Positions 28,349 through 44,797 are shown, counted from the stretch's first letter. The stretch is DNA of 64,000 nt from the human T2T-CHM13v2.0 reference genome, Homo sapiens (GCF_009914755.1 NC_060936.1), one strand, 5' to 3'. Program-made: numbers and translations. Notes: generated from the sequence alone by a model not told the origin.

Positions 28349-30453
28349 AGGAGATAGAGTCTTGCTCTGTCACCCAGGCTGGTGTGCAGTAGCACAATCA
28401 TAGCTCACTGCAGCGTTGATCGGCTGAGTAGCTAGGACTTCAGGCACACACCACCATGCTTGGCAAATTAAAATTTTTTTTGTTTGTATGTTGTCCAGGC
28501 TGGTCTCAAACTGGTCTCCTTCTGTCTTGGCCTCCTAAAGTGCTGGGATTACAGGTGTGAGATACCATGCCTGGCCCTGAGTTATTTCTAAATCCTAGCA
28601 GGGGTTTTGAATCTTTTATCTGAGCCTAGGAGACCATAGATAAGGAAGTTGGCAAGAACCCCTCTTAACAGAGAGGTTTGAGTCCCTGCATCTGTCTGAA
28701 TGTGCTCCTGCAGGGAGGTGGCGTCCACTTTTGGATGTTGCTCATGTTTTAGTCCAGAGAAAAACTGTCCTCTTGCTACACAGTATGTCCTTTCCGAATT
28801 AATTAAATGTCATTGTTTTTTCTCTACCACTTGTTTTCCTACACCTTGGTTTCTATTTACTGGCAGGTTGAAAGCAGGTGACCCCGCCTCCTTGCCCCTA
28901 GGAGGGCTGCCAAAATGCCAAACAGAGAGCTTGCGTTTTGCCCCAGGCACTTGGAGGCAGGAAACAGGGATGTCTGTTTGGACAGTGGATGCTTCAGGTT
29001 TGGTCAGGGGTCCCTGGGGGAGAGGCAGGCAGGATGCTAGGCCTCCCAAACAAGGAGGCGGCCCCACAGGGAGCCCTGGTGGAGCTTGAGGCTTCCTGCA
29101 TTTAGTGTTGGTCTGTCCAGCTGTTTCCTCCTGATAGAGTGGCTGGACAATGCCACAGTGACTCAACTCCAGCCCCGTCGACGAACAACAGGAGATTTGT
29201 CCAGGGTTAGCTCGGGAGTGGCGTCTGCATCCCTCACCTGCATCCAAGCTGCTAGTTGGGAGGAACCTGTTGCTCCTTGAACCGCTTCCCTGCTTACTCT
29301 TGGTGCCCTAGAGCCCTGTCCCAGTTGGATTGATTCAGGCTGTTTCTTTTTGATTTCCCTGTAGCTTGTCCTTAACCCTTCTTTGTGCACAGCTGACCTA
29401 GAGCTTCTGTGGCTCTGTGCTGACCAGCTGCCCGCCTGCCGTCCCAAGCCTGGCATTGCCAGACCTCCCTTGCCCTTGGCCTGAGGCTCAGTGGGTTTGG
29501 CACAGTCCCCAAAGGTTCTGAGTCTTTCTCTAGGCATTCAGGGCCTGGGCGAGCTTCAGATGAGAGAGACAGCTGTATGATTCATTAATCTCCTCCAGTG
29601 TGTGGAGGATTAAACAATTTTTTGGTGGGTTTATTATTATGTATTTTTTTTTTTTGGAAAAATTATTACTTATTGAGTATTTTCTAAGGCTCCTGTCATG
29701 GTTACTAAGAGCTTTGCATGCATTACCTACCTTAATCCTTGCAGGCACTCTCTGGGAGAGGGATGGTTACTCCCATTTTACAGATGAGTCTGAAGTCCAA
29801 GAGGCTAGGGAGCTTGCCCAAGGTCTCAGATCCTTCCCACTTCGTATCCTGTGACACATGAGTTAGGGAGGGATGAGGATGTGCGGAAGAGTTTAAAAAA
29901 TAGTTTGAGAACTGTTGATGAAGGATGAGAGGTTTAAAAGGAGCTGTGCAGGGAGGAGGCAGAGGTGAGCCGGGCTTGGTCCTTGCACTCCTGGAGTGCA
30001 GGAAGCAGGCAGGCCACCAGCTGCCTCTGATGTAAGATACAATGTGGTTGGTGCTAGCAGTGGAGCTGCCAGGGTAGTTTGGAAGCACATTTTCAGCTGG
30101 TATATGAGCAACTAGTAGAAGACACTTCAAAACAGAAGTGAGAAATTCCTGGCGCACAGAACGGATTTATCTGTCAGCATGACTTAAACTGTCCATGTAG
30201 AAAATACTGAGATATAGTCCCATTTATGTCTAGAGTTGCAAAAATGCAACATTGCTTAGAATTATTTTTAGTGCAATTATTTGGAAGTTTATATCAAAGG
30301 CCTTAGAAACATTCATTCATAATTCTGTTCTTTGGAGTTTATACCAAAGTAGTTATATTTTTTCATTGCAGCACTATTTATAGTAGCTAAAAATTGGAAG
30401 CATACTGAATGTCTAACAATAGAAAATTAGTTATATAAATTTTGATACATTCT

Positions 30454-30726
30454 TTTTTTTTTTTGGATGGAGTTTTGCTCTTGTTGCCCAGGCTGGAGTG
30501 CAATGGCTTGATCTCGTGGGTTCAAGCAATTCTCCTGCCTCAGCCTCCTGAGTAGCTGGGATTACAGGCATGCACAACCAACATGCGTGGCTAATTTTGG
30601 ATTTTTAGTAGAGACAGGGTTTCTCTATGTTGATCAGGCTCATCTTGAACTCCCAACCTCAGGTGATCCGCCTGCCTCGACCTCCCAAAGTGCTGGGATT
30701 ACAGGTGTGAGCCACTGCGCCCAGCC
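30454..30726 (-). mobile_element. AluSp with a short internal deletion
   Basis: The GATCTCG|TGGGTTCAAG junction lacks ~24 nt of consensus. Confidence 0.88.
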
Positions 30727-30792
30727 TGATGGACCACTGTGTGGGCTTTTAAAAATTATGTCTTCAAGAATTATATATAATGACTCAAAATA

Positions 30793-31098
30793 GGCCAGGT
30801 GTGGTGGCTCACATCTGTAATCCCAGCATTTTGGGAGGCTGAGGCAGGAGGATCGCTTGAGCCCAGGAGTTCGAGACCAGCCTAGGCAACATAGTGAGAC
30901 CCCTGTCTCTACAAAAAAATTTTTAATAAATTAGTCAGGTATAGGGGTGTGCCTCTGTGGTTCCAGCTACTCAGGAGGCTGAGGTGGGAGGATTACTCAA
31001 GCCTGGGAGGTGGAGGCTGCAGTGAGCTATGATCATGCCATTGTGCTTTAGCCTGGGTGACAGAGTGAGACCCTGTCTCTGAAAAAACAAAACAAAAT
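30793..31098 (+). mobile_element. AluJ
   Basis: Forward Alu with GGATCGCTTGAGCCCAGGAG. Confidence 0.92.
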
Positions 31099-32243
31099 AA
31101 CATTAATGAAAAAATGTCAAGCAAATATTGTAAGATATAACACTACAAATCCTAATTTTTTTTAAAAAAGAAGAAAGGTTAGAGGAAATACACCAAAAAT
31201 GCTAATGGTAGTTCGTGATTATTAGTGATTTTTTTTTTTTATGTTATGTACTTGCTAACATTTCTCTAGTGAACCACAACAACAAAAACATCAGAAGTGC
31301 TTTGGTGTCTCAGAGGATTGCAGAGTGTTTTGCTGCGTGCTCAGCACAGCACCTTTCATTGCAAAACAGGCTCCAGCACTTTCCAGAACAGGGCTTTAAG
31401 TGTACTTGGGAGATGAGGCCTCTGCATTGGAGTTCCTTCTTCCTCTCCTCTAACACATTCTTCCCCCCGCAGTTTTCTCCCTTAATTGGATGTAAATTTA
31501 CAACTAAATAATTATTTTTAAAAAATAGGTACTGTTCTTATTGGCTGTTTTTCCGAATACTCTGATGAGAGAGACATTTCATATTTTTCACTCTATAAGA
31601 AGACCCTAATTTAAGGTTCTTTCTTCTCATGGAATTTAATTGATTTTTTTTCTCTGTGGTTCAGATGATGTTTGTCAGATAGAAGAATTTGCGACTCCTG
31701 CCTTAAATGGCCTTTGAAAGCCCAATGTAAAATAGTGCCTTGTTGTTGTGGCCTGCTGGGTGACACCAGGGCAGCCTGGTGTCACCACAGAGGAATGGTT
31801 CTGTGGCTGACAATACGTTTGAAACTGACCCTCAAGTGAGCCCAGAGAACACTTGTGATCATAGCCCAAGAACAGCCTTTTTGTTTGTGTTTCATGGATT
31901 ATGAACGAGGACTCAGCACATCGCCTGGCATTTGAGGGCTCAAAACCTGTTGTTTGGATGAATGCTGGCCTTTGTGGCAATATTCCATCCCAACAATAGA
32001 GACTTCTGTTGCGTTTGTTGTGTTCAAGTGTCTAGTGAAAATGCTCTCCTATAGTGGTTGAGAAAGTAAGTTTTGGATGAGAGATTCAGATCCTGGCTCA
32101 CTAGTGTAGTGACTGTGAACACTTCTCTTAACCTTTTGCAGCTTCACTTTCCTCCTCTGTCAAATGCATAAGACCTCACAGGGATGTTGTGAGGGTTAAG
32201 GGAGAGTACTTACAAAATGCTTAATAAGGGATCGATAACTATA

Positions 32244-34150
<1,907 letters not shown>

Positions 34151-34459
34151 ACTACCGATATTACAATATTGTTATTTTTGGCAGAGAGGTTTTTCCCATT
34201 CTTGTCTCTGTTCTCAAGTTGTTTGGGGTGGCAGACTGAGCCAGGGATGTGGTTCAGTGTCCATTATCTCATAGATCCAGGGCCCTGACCACTTTTTCTC
34301 CAGCTCCACCTGTAGGATGCCCTCCTTTTGGGCCTGCAAACACAAAATGGCTAATCTCACTGACTTTCTTGGATATTCAAGCTCAGTGGGAAATGAACTT
34401 TCAAAACACAGAAGGCGTGATTTCAGAGTGTCTTCAAGGGGGCCTTACACACAAAAGGA

Positions 34460-34575
34460 GGCTGGGCGTGGTGGTGCAGCTGTAGTCCCAGCTACCCAGG
34501 AAGCCAAGGCAGGAGGATTGCTTGAGCCCAGAAGTTCAAGACCAGCCTGGGCAACATAGTGAGACCCTGTCTCAA
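34460..34575 (+). mobile_element. FLAM/FAM Alu monomer
   Basis: Single Alu arm. Confidence 0.8.
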
Positions 34576-34779
34576 CCCCTGCCCCAACAAAAGCCCCACG
34601 AAAGGCTGAATTACCCATAGCCCCCCAAGAAATACCTTCCCGGCTTTATGGTGAGTCAGGCACCCCTGCACTCTGCACGAGGCTGCCTGGGTAACCACTC
34701 TGTTCCTCACTAAAAGGAAAGACTAAACACTTTGAGATTCAGCACCTCATCACATCACAATCATTATATTTTGGAATTT

Positions 34780-35222
34780 TTTATTGTGAAATATACGCAA
34801 CATAAAATTGACCATTTCAACCATTTTTAACTGACATTAAGTACATATACATTATTGTGCAATCATCACACTATCCCTTTTCACAACTTTTTCATCATCC
34901 CAGACTGACACTGTGCACCCATTAGATGATAACTTCCCATTCTCCCCCTCCTTCCAGCCCCTGGTTACCATCATCCATTTTCTGGCTATGAGTTGGATTA
35001 TTCCAGGTACCTCATGTAAGTGGAATCATGCAATATTGAACCTTTCGTGACTGGCTTACTTCACTTAGCATTGTGCCCTCAAGGTTCATCCATGCTGTAG
35101 CCTGTGTCAGATTTCCTCCCTTTTTATGGCTGAGTAATATTCCATTGTGTGTATATGCCACATTTTTTTGCCCTTTTACCCAGTGATGGACATTTGGGTG
35201 TTTCTACCTTTTGGCTATTGTG
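34780..35222 (-). mobile_element. L1MB-like 3' end
   Basis: ACATAAAATTGACCATT...GGTACCTCATGTAAGTGGAATCAT...GGCTGAGTAATATTCCATTG. Confidence 0.85.
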
Positions 35223-35489
35223 CAGCATCGTATTTTAAAATCGAGTGCCCACTCTTCTCCTCTCCAGTCACTCCAGTGGCTCCCCACTGCCTGCACACCC
35301 ACCCACAGGACTTTGCACAACCGAAATGGATGCACGTGTTAGTAATGTGACATATGTTTTCCGAGGTAGTTTTTCTATGCATTGGATCCGTCTATCCATC
35401 CCCTTTATGAAGCTGTAAATGCTCAAAGGTTAGGAGCTAAGATTAATAATTCCTTCTACTACCTCCTGAGAGTCTGTTTCAGGAAGTGG

Positions 35490-35730
35490 TAAAGGATGTT
35501 GGTTAGGAGTGTGGGTTGTGAGGTCAGACCACATGGGTTTGCATCCTAATTCCACCACACACAAGCTCGTCATCACATGTATCCCTTAACTCTTTGGCAC
35601 TCAATTTGTCCACTTATGAAATGGTGATGTTGGTGGTAACTACGTTGTAGGGCTGTTAAGAACATTAAATGAGATAATCCATGTATAGGACTTGGCCTAG
35701 TGTCTGATACATTGTAAGCCCTTGAATGTT
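35490..35730 (+). mobile_element. MIR
   Basis: MIR core (GAAATGGTGATG...GGGCTGTTAAGAACATTAAATGAGATAAT). Many other degraded MIRs are scattered through the window. Confidence 0.75.
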
Positions 35731-37784
35731 AGCTTAAGCAAAAATTAAGAGCTCAGCTTCCTTTCAGCATTTGCCTTTTTCATCTTCATAATTCCCTTGC
35801 TGGGCAGCTCAAGGGTAGGATGAATGGTTCCTGCCGTGTGGAGTGGCGTCCCTGGGGCCAGCTGTCCCTCGGGGAAGCAGTGACGGGAGCCTGGCAGAGG
35901 TAGAACCCTGTTTATTGTTCATCCCTGAACACCCCCTCCATGCCCTCTGCGCATTCAGATATCAGGTGTACTTGGAGGTGCCCAGGCCCCTGGGTCTTCT
36001 TTGATCCCTCCCTGTAGCCTCTTTCTTGCGTGGATCACCGATGTGTGGGACGAACTTGGCAACTTGGGAAGGTCTCTGGGCGGCTGTACCGCCTCTTTGG
36101 CCCTCTCCAGGATAGTGCTGTTGGGGTGGCCAGAGGGTCGCTTCCCTTCTACTTCCGCTTCCCCCGGTGGCCAGCCCTGCCCCACCAGCCTGGGAAACCT
36201 GATTCCTCCTGCCCTCAGTGCCAGCGCACTGGCAGGATCTGGCTGGGCATTTGGCAGCCGCTTGAAGCAGCCTGCGGTTTCGCCCTAAAGCTGATCGAGC
36301 TGGTGAAAACAGAAGTTCCCCATTTTTCCCCCTCTATTTAACAACATTTCCCCAAATGTTTACTTGATCCTCTCATGTTTTCTTGTTCGCGTCAGCTACT
36401 AGCTTTCCGCTTGCTGGCCACAGCAAGGCAGGGAGAGGTTTGCTGCTGCTTGGGGCTGATTTTCTGCTCTGGAAAGGCATCTCCAGGTGTGAGGGACAGC
36501 AGAGGGTGGGAGCTGGGCAGATGGTGTCTGGAGGCAACACCCCAAAGTCAGGTGACTGCATCCAGATGATAGGGCTTCTCGGCACTGGCCTGGGGCAGGG
36601 TAGCAGAGTGGGCCCTTCCTAACTGCGTGACCTCGGGCAAGCTCCTGAACCTCTTTTGGCTTCTGCTGCCTCACCAGTGAGATGGGGATAATAATAGTAC
36701 CGGCCCACAGAGATGTGCAGAGTCAGTGAGATAACCTACACAAAACGCTTAGCAGAGTGTCTGGCACACATGGCCGTGCTCTAAAAATGTGAGTTACTTC
36801 TATTTTTACCGGCAAACTTTATTTTTGCTGTTTTCCAGCCTTCTGTTTCTTTGCACATTTTCTTTTTTTGTGGCGACCTTGATTCCTTTAGGATCCCAGT
36901 GCTCTTGGATCACTCCCTTCTTGCTTCTAGCAAAGCCCACTCTCGGGAAGGGGTCTTACGTTGTAGCCGCATCGGATTTCAAGGGCAGAACCTTCAAGGT
37001 CGTTGGGGCCAGTGCCCGTGTGGTATTTGTTTTTGCTGAGCGGCTCTTTGCTGTGCTGCATCTCCTCGCCTCCTTTGACGGGGTACACACGCTCTACCTG
37101 CTGAGACAGTCTCCTCCATCTTTGTCATTTTCTCCACTTTTGGGGAAAAAAAAAAAAAAAGAAACCGGATGTTTATGGAGCCCTTTACGTGCCAGGAGCT
37201 GCTGGGCACAGTCATCTCATTTCATTGTCCCAGCCGGCCTTCGAGGTTGGTGGTGTTAATTGCAGTTTTTACCGAGGCACCCGTGGCTGAGTAAATAGCC
37301 AGAGGTCACATGCAAGCAAGCGACAGTGGGACTTGGTTGAGCCTGGACGTGCCGAAGCTGCGGCCCACGTTCTCTGCGCTGATGGTGGCGTACAGCAGCA
37401 GCCAGTTGCACAGGTGCTCCCATTAGGATCTCAGCCCCTGCACTTACTGGATGCCTGTGGGCCAGTTACCTACCTTCTCCAGCCTCATTTTCTTCACCCG
37501 AAACTGGGGGCAGTCCCATCTACCTCCTAGGGCTGTTGTGGGTATGAAGTGAGAAAATCCTCTAATGCTGATGAAAGCTTCTGGCCTGACCGTGGCAGGT
37601 GTGCAGGGAATGCTGGCTGTGATGTGTGCTGTGATGCTGGAGCTTGGCTTCCGGGAGGTTCCATACTCTGGGAACTTGCAGGACAGGTCCTGTCCTTGGA
37701 CCCTCGTCGGATAGGCCCTCAGGTGTTTGTTACCAGGTATTGTGTCCTTCCCAAAGTCCTCGCAATTTTTTAAAAACATTTTTT

Positions 37785-38535
37785 TTCTTGTGGTAAAATA
37801 CATACAAAATATATCATTATAACCATTTTAAAGTGTGTAATTCGATGGCATTTACTACGTTCACCGTGTTTGTAAAACCATCACCACTACTTGCTTCCAT
37901 GGCTTCTTCATCACCCTGACTATGAATCCTGCACCCCTTACCTGTGACCCCCCAGGCCTCTCACCACTGGCAACCACTGATCTGCTTTCTATCTGTGGAT
38001 TTGCCTCTCCTGGACATTTCGTGTAAATAGAATCATACAGTATGTGGCCTTCTGTGTCTGGCTTCCTGCACTTAGCGTATTTTCAAGGCTCACGCATGCT
38101 GTAGTGTGCATCAGTACTTCATTCTTTGTAAGGCTGAATACTACTCCATTATACCTATGTGCAATATTTTGTTTTTCTGTTCTTCTGTTGATGGACATTT
38201 GGGTTGTTTCCACCTTTGGGCTGTTGTAAATAGAGCTGCTATGAACATTCATGCACAAGCTTTTGTTTGGACACCTGTTTGCAATTCTTTTGAGCATATA
38301 CCTAGGAGTAGAATTGCTGGATCATATGGTAATTCTATGTTTTAACATTTTGAGGAACAGCCAAACTGTTTTCCACAGCGGCTGTACCACTTTACATCCC
38401 TGCCGGCAACGCATGAGGGTTCCAATTTCTCCACATCCTTGCCAACTCTTGTTATTTTCCTTTTTAAAAAAATTATGGCCATCCTAGATGTGAAGTGGTA
38501 TCTTACTGTGCTTTGATTTGCATTCCCTGATGGAC
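37785..38535 (-). mobile_element. L1MB-like 3' end
   Basis: GTAAAATACATAC...GATGGACATTTGGGTTGTTTCCAC...CCTAGGAGTAGAATTGCTGGATC. Confidence 0.88.
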
Positions 38536-41107
38536 CATGACATGGAGCATTCTCCTTCAGTTCCCGCATTCCTGTTTTCTCCTGACCCGGTTTGAGTCTC
38601 TCCCACTGTTCTGTTCATGCTTCTCAACATGTGGCCCCATTTGTCTAGATCCTGTTTAAAACACCAGGCCCCAGGGCAGGCCTCCAGCTAGGTTGGGCGA
38701 AGCCTGGCGTGGACGACTCCCACTTCCCTGGTTCCAGATATTTGACTTTTTCCTATTCAGTCTCCTCTGAAAGGCGCCACCCCTCCCCAGCCCATGAAGC
38801 TTCCCAGGCTCAGGTTCTCCCATCCCTAGTGGACCGGTGGCTCTCAGCCTCATCGTCCCCACCGCCCGCCTGTCAGGTAGGTCAGGGTGAGGACAGGCGC
38901 CACCCTGAGGCTGCCACAGAGCTCCTCCCCGTCACCTTTGGGGCCATTAGGAAGCGGTCAGGTCCTGCCTCCTCCAGATTGTCTCGAGAGGCGTTGTAAG
39001 AGCCTCACTCCCCAACACCAGCAAGCTTGCTCCCTTGGAGTATGACTTGAAGGCACCATTTTATGTCTTTTGGGTGGGTTTACGGTTTCAGGCCTATTTC
39101 TAACTGGAATCAAAGACTGTCCCTCGGTGAAGGAATTTCAGGCATGAATGAGCAGATGCGTGAGGTATTTTGGGGGCAGAGAGTTTGTCCCTGTGCTCCA
39201 GAAACCACTCCACCATCTGCCTCCGTGCACAGGCCCCACCCATCCCGGAAAAAGAGGGGTCCTCTCCTCCCACTTCAGGGCTCTGTCCCGGGAGGCCTGG
39301 TCTGTCTCACCAGGCACTTCCTACAAGTACACAGTTTGGTCATCTGCCAGCAGTCTGTCTGTCTAAAGTGTTTATTTACTTTAAAATAAGACTCAATTAT
39401 TATATAATTTTTTTTTTGCTGTAAAAAATAAAATAACATAAAAGTATCAGTAAAATGTGAGGCCCCATTCCTATGCCCCTCTCCCAGCCCCGGGGACCCT
39501 CCCAGGGGAAATCACAGGAGAGCCTTGGTATGGATTCAGAATCCTTCCAGGCCTTTCATTCCAATGCAGTCATCTTCCCCCCACCCTCATCTAAGGGCAG
39601 CTCCAAAACAGACAACACCAGCAGGCTGAGTGTACCAAAGAAAACGAGGTCAGTGCCCTAAAATGATGCTGCTTGAAGTTGGATGAGCAGGTGGTTTTTT
39701 TCTCCCCAGGTGGCTCTGCTCAACTCTGGTGTGCAAACTTGAATAAGGGGTGACTGGGGAAGGAAACCAGAGTGCAGAGGGTGGAGGTTTCCAAAGAAAC
39801 AGGTCCTGTGAAAATGGATGGATGACGGGGAGGAGAGGAAATTGGCATTAGCATCACCTCTTGATCACCCACCATGGCACGGGGTAATGGCCAGACAGCC
39901 ACCCAGGCGCAGTTTCTAGCTTGACACTGGCTTTGCATCTTTTGGTGAAGGTAAGTTATTGAACCCCCCTGGGTCTCAGTTTCTTTGATTATAAACAGGG
40001 TCAGCGCTTAGGGCTGTTGTGAGGGACTGATTCTTGGAACAGCCCCTTAGAAGGTGTGTAATGTAAGGGTTGCCGTCCCGATCTTGCAGGGTGTCAGGCT
40101 CCAGGCTGGTGCTTTGCTTCCTGTGTCAGCTCAGCATGGATGCTTGGCCTTCCTCGTCAGCCTTTCCCGCCGTGGACTGTGGCTAAAGCAGAGCTCAGTA
40201 GGTCGCATTGCTAAAAACAGGCACCCCACTCCCAGGATTTGGGTGTTTAGTGTGTTTTTACTGTGTGAATGAATGGGTGATGGGTTGAGACTTTCTCCTC
40301 TCCGAAGATGAGAGTATTGTGGGAACAGTTACACAATTAAAGGTCACTGGCACTTTAGCAGGAATTAGTGTCATAGAGATTTTGACCTGAAAGGGACCCG
40401 AGATGATCATTCATTGTATAAATGGGGAACTTTGAAGGTTCAAGGAGGGAAGAAACTTGCCAGTCATGTCATACAGCCAGTTAGGGGATGGTCAAGGCTG
40501 GAGCCCAGCTCCCCTCATTCTGTCTGTCCTGCCTCATATCTGCAAGGGTCTGCTTGCCTCCGCTCGGGGCTGCTGCTTTGGGGTGGAAGGTCGCTTGGGT
40601 CAGAGGGCCTTGGGTCATAGGCAGATGGGCCCTCTGGAGGGATGGAGGGAAGTTTGGGGACAGTGGCATGGCCGATGGCTGTTTGGGGCGCCCAACTTCT
40701 GAGACAGAAGGCGGGAAGCATTTGGGGCCCTGGGATCCAGTTTGGTCAGGCCTGGAGAGCCAGCTGCTCTGCTGGTGAATGTGACTGTGAGCTGAGAGCA
40801 GGGGCTAGCTCTGCTGGGGAAGGTGGACGTATAGTCAGGCGATCACAGTCCAGGGTGGATGAGGGTGATGGCGTGCAGCGTGGAAGAGGCAGTGACGTTT
40901 GTACAGGCACATCATCCATGTATAGAAGGGAGGAAGAAGAACAATGTGGGGAAAAGCATGGCAAACGCAGGGGCTGGCTAGCTGTGGAGGACATGGGGGA
41001 GTAGGGGAGAGACCACTCGGAGGTGCCTGCAGTCAGGGCTGGCATCTTGTTTGCCTGTTCCTTCTCAGTGCCTAGGCACTGCATTGCTTTAGAGTTGGGG
41101 CAACACT

Positions 41108-41538
<431 letters not shown>

Positions 41539-41655
41539 TAGGTTCTGCCTCAGCCAGCTCATCATTCAGCCCTGGTCCAGGCCTGCAGGGTTGAGGGGCT
41601 GTGGCCCTGAGGCTTGCTTGGTGGCCTTCTGGCTTGTTGCTGTTCTTACTGATGT

Positions 41656-41674
41656 TGACCACTAGATGGCAGCA
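41656..41674 (+). promoter_or_regulatory. Candidate CTCF binding site
   Basis: TGACCACTAGATGGCAGCA matches the core CCASYAGRKGGCRS and lies in non-Alu sequence. Confidence 0.7.
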
Positions 41675-44483
41675 GGAAACCTATCAATTTCTCCCCCAGG
41701 TCCATCGTATTCAAGTCAAGCCCTTTGGTCTGGGTGGATCAGCCATCGCCCCTTGATGGCATGGGGACTCAAATTCCACATCTCACTGATTCCAGGATGG
41801 GTCTGAGGAAAGGCTGGGATGAAGCCGAGGCAGCCCTCTCAGACGTACCCTGTGTCCAACTCTCCTGTGACATTCTTGAGAAGCGGCTGTCTCAGCTCAG
41901 GTAGTCCCAGGGTTGGGAGATACCCTTTTAGTAGAGTTCCCACCATTGGGAAAATCTTTGCCACGTGTGCTGGCTGGGTTTTCAGTGTCTTAAAGGGTCC
42001 AGAAGCCGAGACCCAGTGTCCCCGAGGAAAGTCCTGTTGCTCCCCGAGGAGTCCCCGGCTTGGTAGCCTGTGCAGTTACTGAGGGCACTGTGGTGGTGGG
42101 ACACAGTGCTCCTGGCCTGGGAGGGACAACAGCGTAAGAGCAAGGGCATGCTGCACATCAGCAGTGACGTGCAGTGACAGCAAACATGTAGGAAGCACTT
42201 CGTGAGCCAGGGATGCCCTGACTCCTTTGCTTACATTTATTGGTTTCCTCCTCTTTGAGGGGCAGCCCTGAATCCCTCCTAATCAGGTGCAGCTGAGCGG
42301 GGCCTTGAATGCAGGCAGGCTGGCTCCAGAGTCCCGGGATAAGTCACGCACCACTCATCGTGGGCATTCTTAAGCCTTTGCGTGGGGCTCGACAGTTTGT
42401 GTTACAGTTCACGTGGCTCTTCCTCAAATGCCTTGTCTCATTGGTCTCCCCCACAGCCCCTGTGTCAGGTACTGGGGGATCCTCTTTTTTGCAGATGAGG
42501 AAATTGAGGCTCAGAGAAGTGAAGGATGCCTCCAGCATTGCAAAGACAGGACACCAAACCCTGTCATTAGATTCTGAGTCGGGGTGGCTCTCCTTTTGTC
42601 GTGAAGCGGGTTTGCATGAGTAGGGTTGGAAGGAGGGAGAGGAGCCCTCAGATGCCTGAGGTCAGGGCAACTGTCAGAAAATCTATTCTGTTCCCAAACC
42701 CTCTGTAAGAGGAACACATGTTCAGGTGCCCGTGGGAAGCTGAAGCTCCTGCCCAGCCAGTAAGTAAACAGGAGCTGGAGGGAGAGAGTGTGCGAGAATG
42801 AGGAGGTGGTGACCGCAGCCATCCGCTTCCGCCATAGTGTACCCCTCAGCTGGAGGCAGGGGTGGGGGGCACATTGGCTGGGGACCCCTCTAAGGCAGGG
42901 CTGGAGAAACAGCCCCCACTGTGCACTGTGGAGCCGCCAGGTGGTCCCAGCTGCCAGAACCCCTGCCCCGTCCAGTCCTGCTGTGAAGGCTTCGGGTGTG
43001 GAAGGGCATTGTGTGCTTGTGGTGGGATCTGAATCCCAGTTGGCCTGTGGAGCTACCACTGCTACTCTGGGATCAACTGAGGCAGGGGACTGCGGCCGGG
43101 ACCCTCTTTCCAATTGGACCTTCTCAGGGGCAGGACCTTCCAAACTAAGGGGCAGCAGTGGATGGCTCCTGGGCTCCTTGTCGTCTCCTCTCTGGGATGG
43201 GTGTTCTTGAGGCCTTGGGCTTCCGCCCCCATCCCACCCTCTCTGGGGTGTGGACACAGGGCCCACTTGGGCATGTCAGCTTCCCTGGAGCTCCCGCAGC
43301 TGGGCCCTGCCCACGTTTCCCCGGGCCACGCTCTCCTGGCTGCCCCAGGCCTCACCACTCTCTCACTGGAACACATAAGTGCCTGCCCCTGGAGCCCAGG
43401 CCACTGTCCTGACTCCTCGCCCTTCCCAGAGCCCCGCCTCCTGCTGCCTGCCTCCCACGTGGCTTCACATCCTGCGGGTTTTTCCAGCTGACACAGCCCT
43501 TGTAGATACATACTCTGCTCTGGGCACCCCACATCCATGCCAGGCCCAGATTTGGGCCCCAAGGGAGTGCTACCCCCTGGGTTGCAGTTCAAAGGCTTCT
43601 GCTTTCCAGCCAGATGGAGGAGGGCTCTATCCCAGGCTCCAACATCCTGCTTGGCTCATCTCCCCCACCCCCTGCTCCAGCTGCGTCCTCCCTGTTGTGC
43701 TCCTGGCAGTAGGTTTGCTGAGAGGGAAGGGGGATTCCTTTCCTCTTGGCCTCTCCTCTCTCTGTTACATCAGCCTACAGCCCAGTACCCCTGGGCTCTG
43801 CCAAGGGAGGGCTTTTTCTTTTTTTCTAGGGGAAATAATTCCACCTCTTGTCACACGGATTTCTGCATGCAGCTCTTCAGGGGCTTGACTTCCTTCCCTC
43901 GTCCTATCCCAGGCCCCTTGAAGCTCAAGAGAGGGGCAGCTTTGTTTCCTTAAACAGGGGCTGCTGCTGGCTTTGAGCCTCCGAGGAAGGTCGTGTGAGG
44001 AGTCGGGTGTCTGGGTCCCGCTGTCCCCCTCACTGGCTGTGTGACCCCAGGACCATCCTTGCTTTCTCTGGGCCTCAGCACTCCCTTCAGGAGCCTAGGA
44101 CTGCATTTGTCGTCCATGGGTGGTGAGGGGGCAGTGCCCAGCGGTGCCCGTTCTGGAATGGAGGGCTCTGCCCGTGGGTTTGGTAGTGTGATTTTTCCAC
44201 CCCTGGGCTGGCCCCTCTGCCTGGGGCGGGTGTAGCTGGCACACCTGTTAGGAATGAGGCATCTCCTTAGTGCCAGGGAGACGAGAGCCCTGGGGCTGGC
44301 TGGGAAGTGCAGGGCCCAGCTGAGAAGGAGAGCGAGCTCAGTCTCCTCACTGCGGGTCATTCACCACCTCCCGGAGTCGGTTAGAGGAGGGGGCTAGTCC
44401 AGGGTGAATTGGTGGGATGGGAAGAGGCCCCAGTGCCCAGCTCTGCCCAGTCCTGTCTCCTCGCTGGGCTCTCTCCTCCCGTT

Positions 44484-44797
44484 TCTTTTTTTCTTTTTTT
44501 TTGAGACAGGGCCTCGTGCTGTCACCCAGGCAGGAGTGCAGTGGGGTAGTCATGTGCAGCCTTCACCTCCTGGGCTCAAGTGATCCTCCCTCCTCAGACT
44601 CCCAAGTATTTGGTGTCTGGGACTATAGGCACGTGCCACCATATCCGCCATACAAAAAAAAAGGGGGCCTTTTTTTTCCTTTTTTTGTATTTTTGTAGAG
44701 ATGGGGTTTCGTCATGTTGGCCAGGCTTGTCCCAAAGTCGTGGGCTCAAGTGATTCGCCCACCTTAGCCTCCCAAAGTGAGCCATCGCATCCGGGCT
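44484..44797 (-). mobile_element. AluJ
   Basis: Diverged reverse Alu. Confidence 0.85.
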
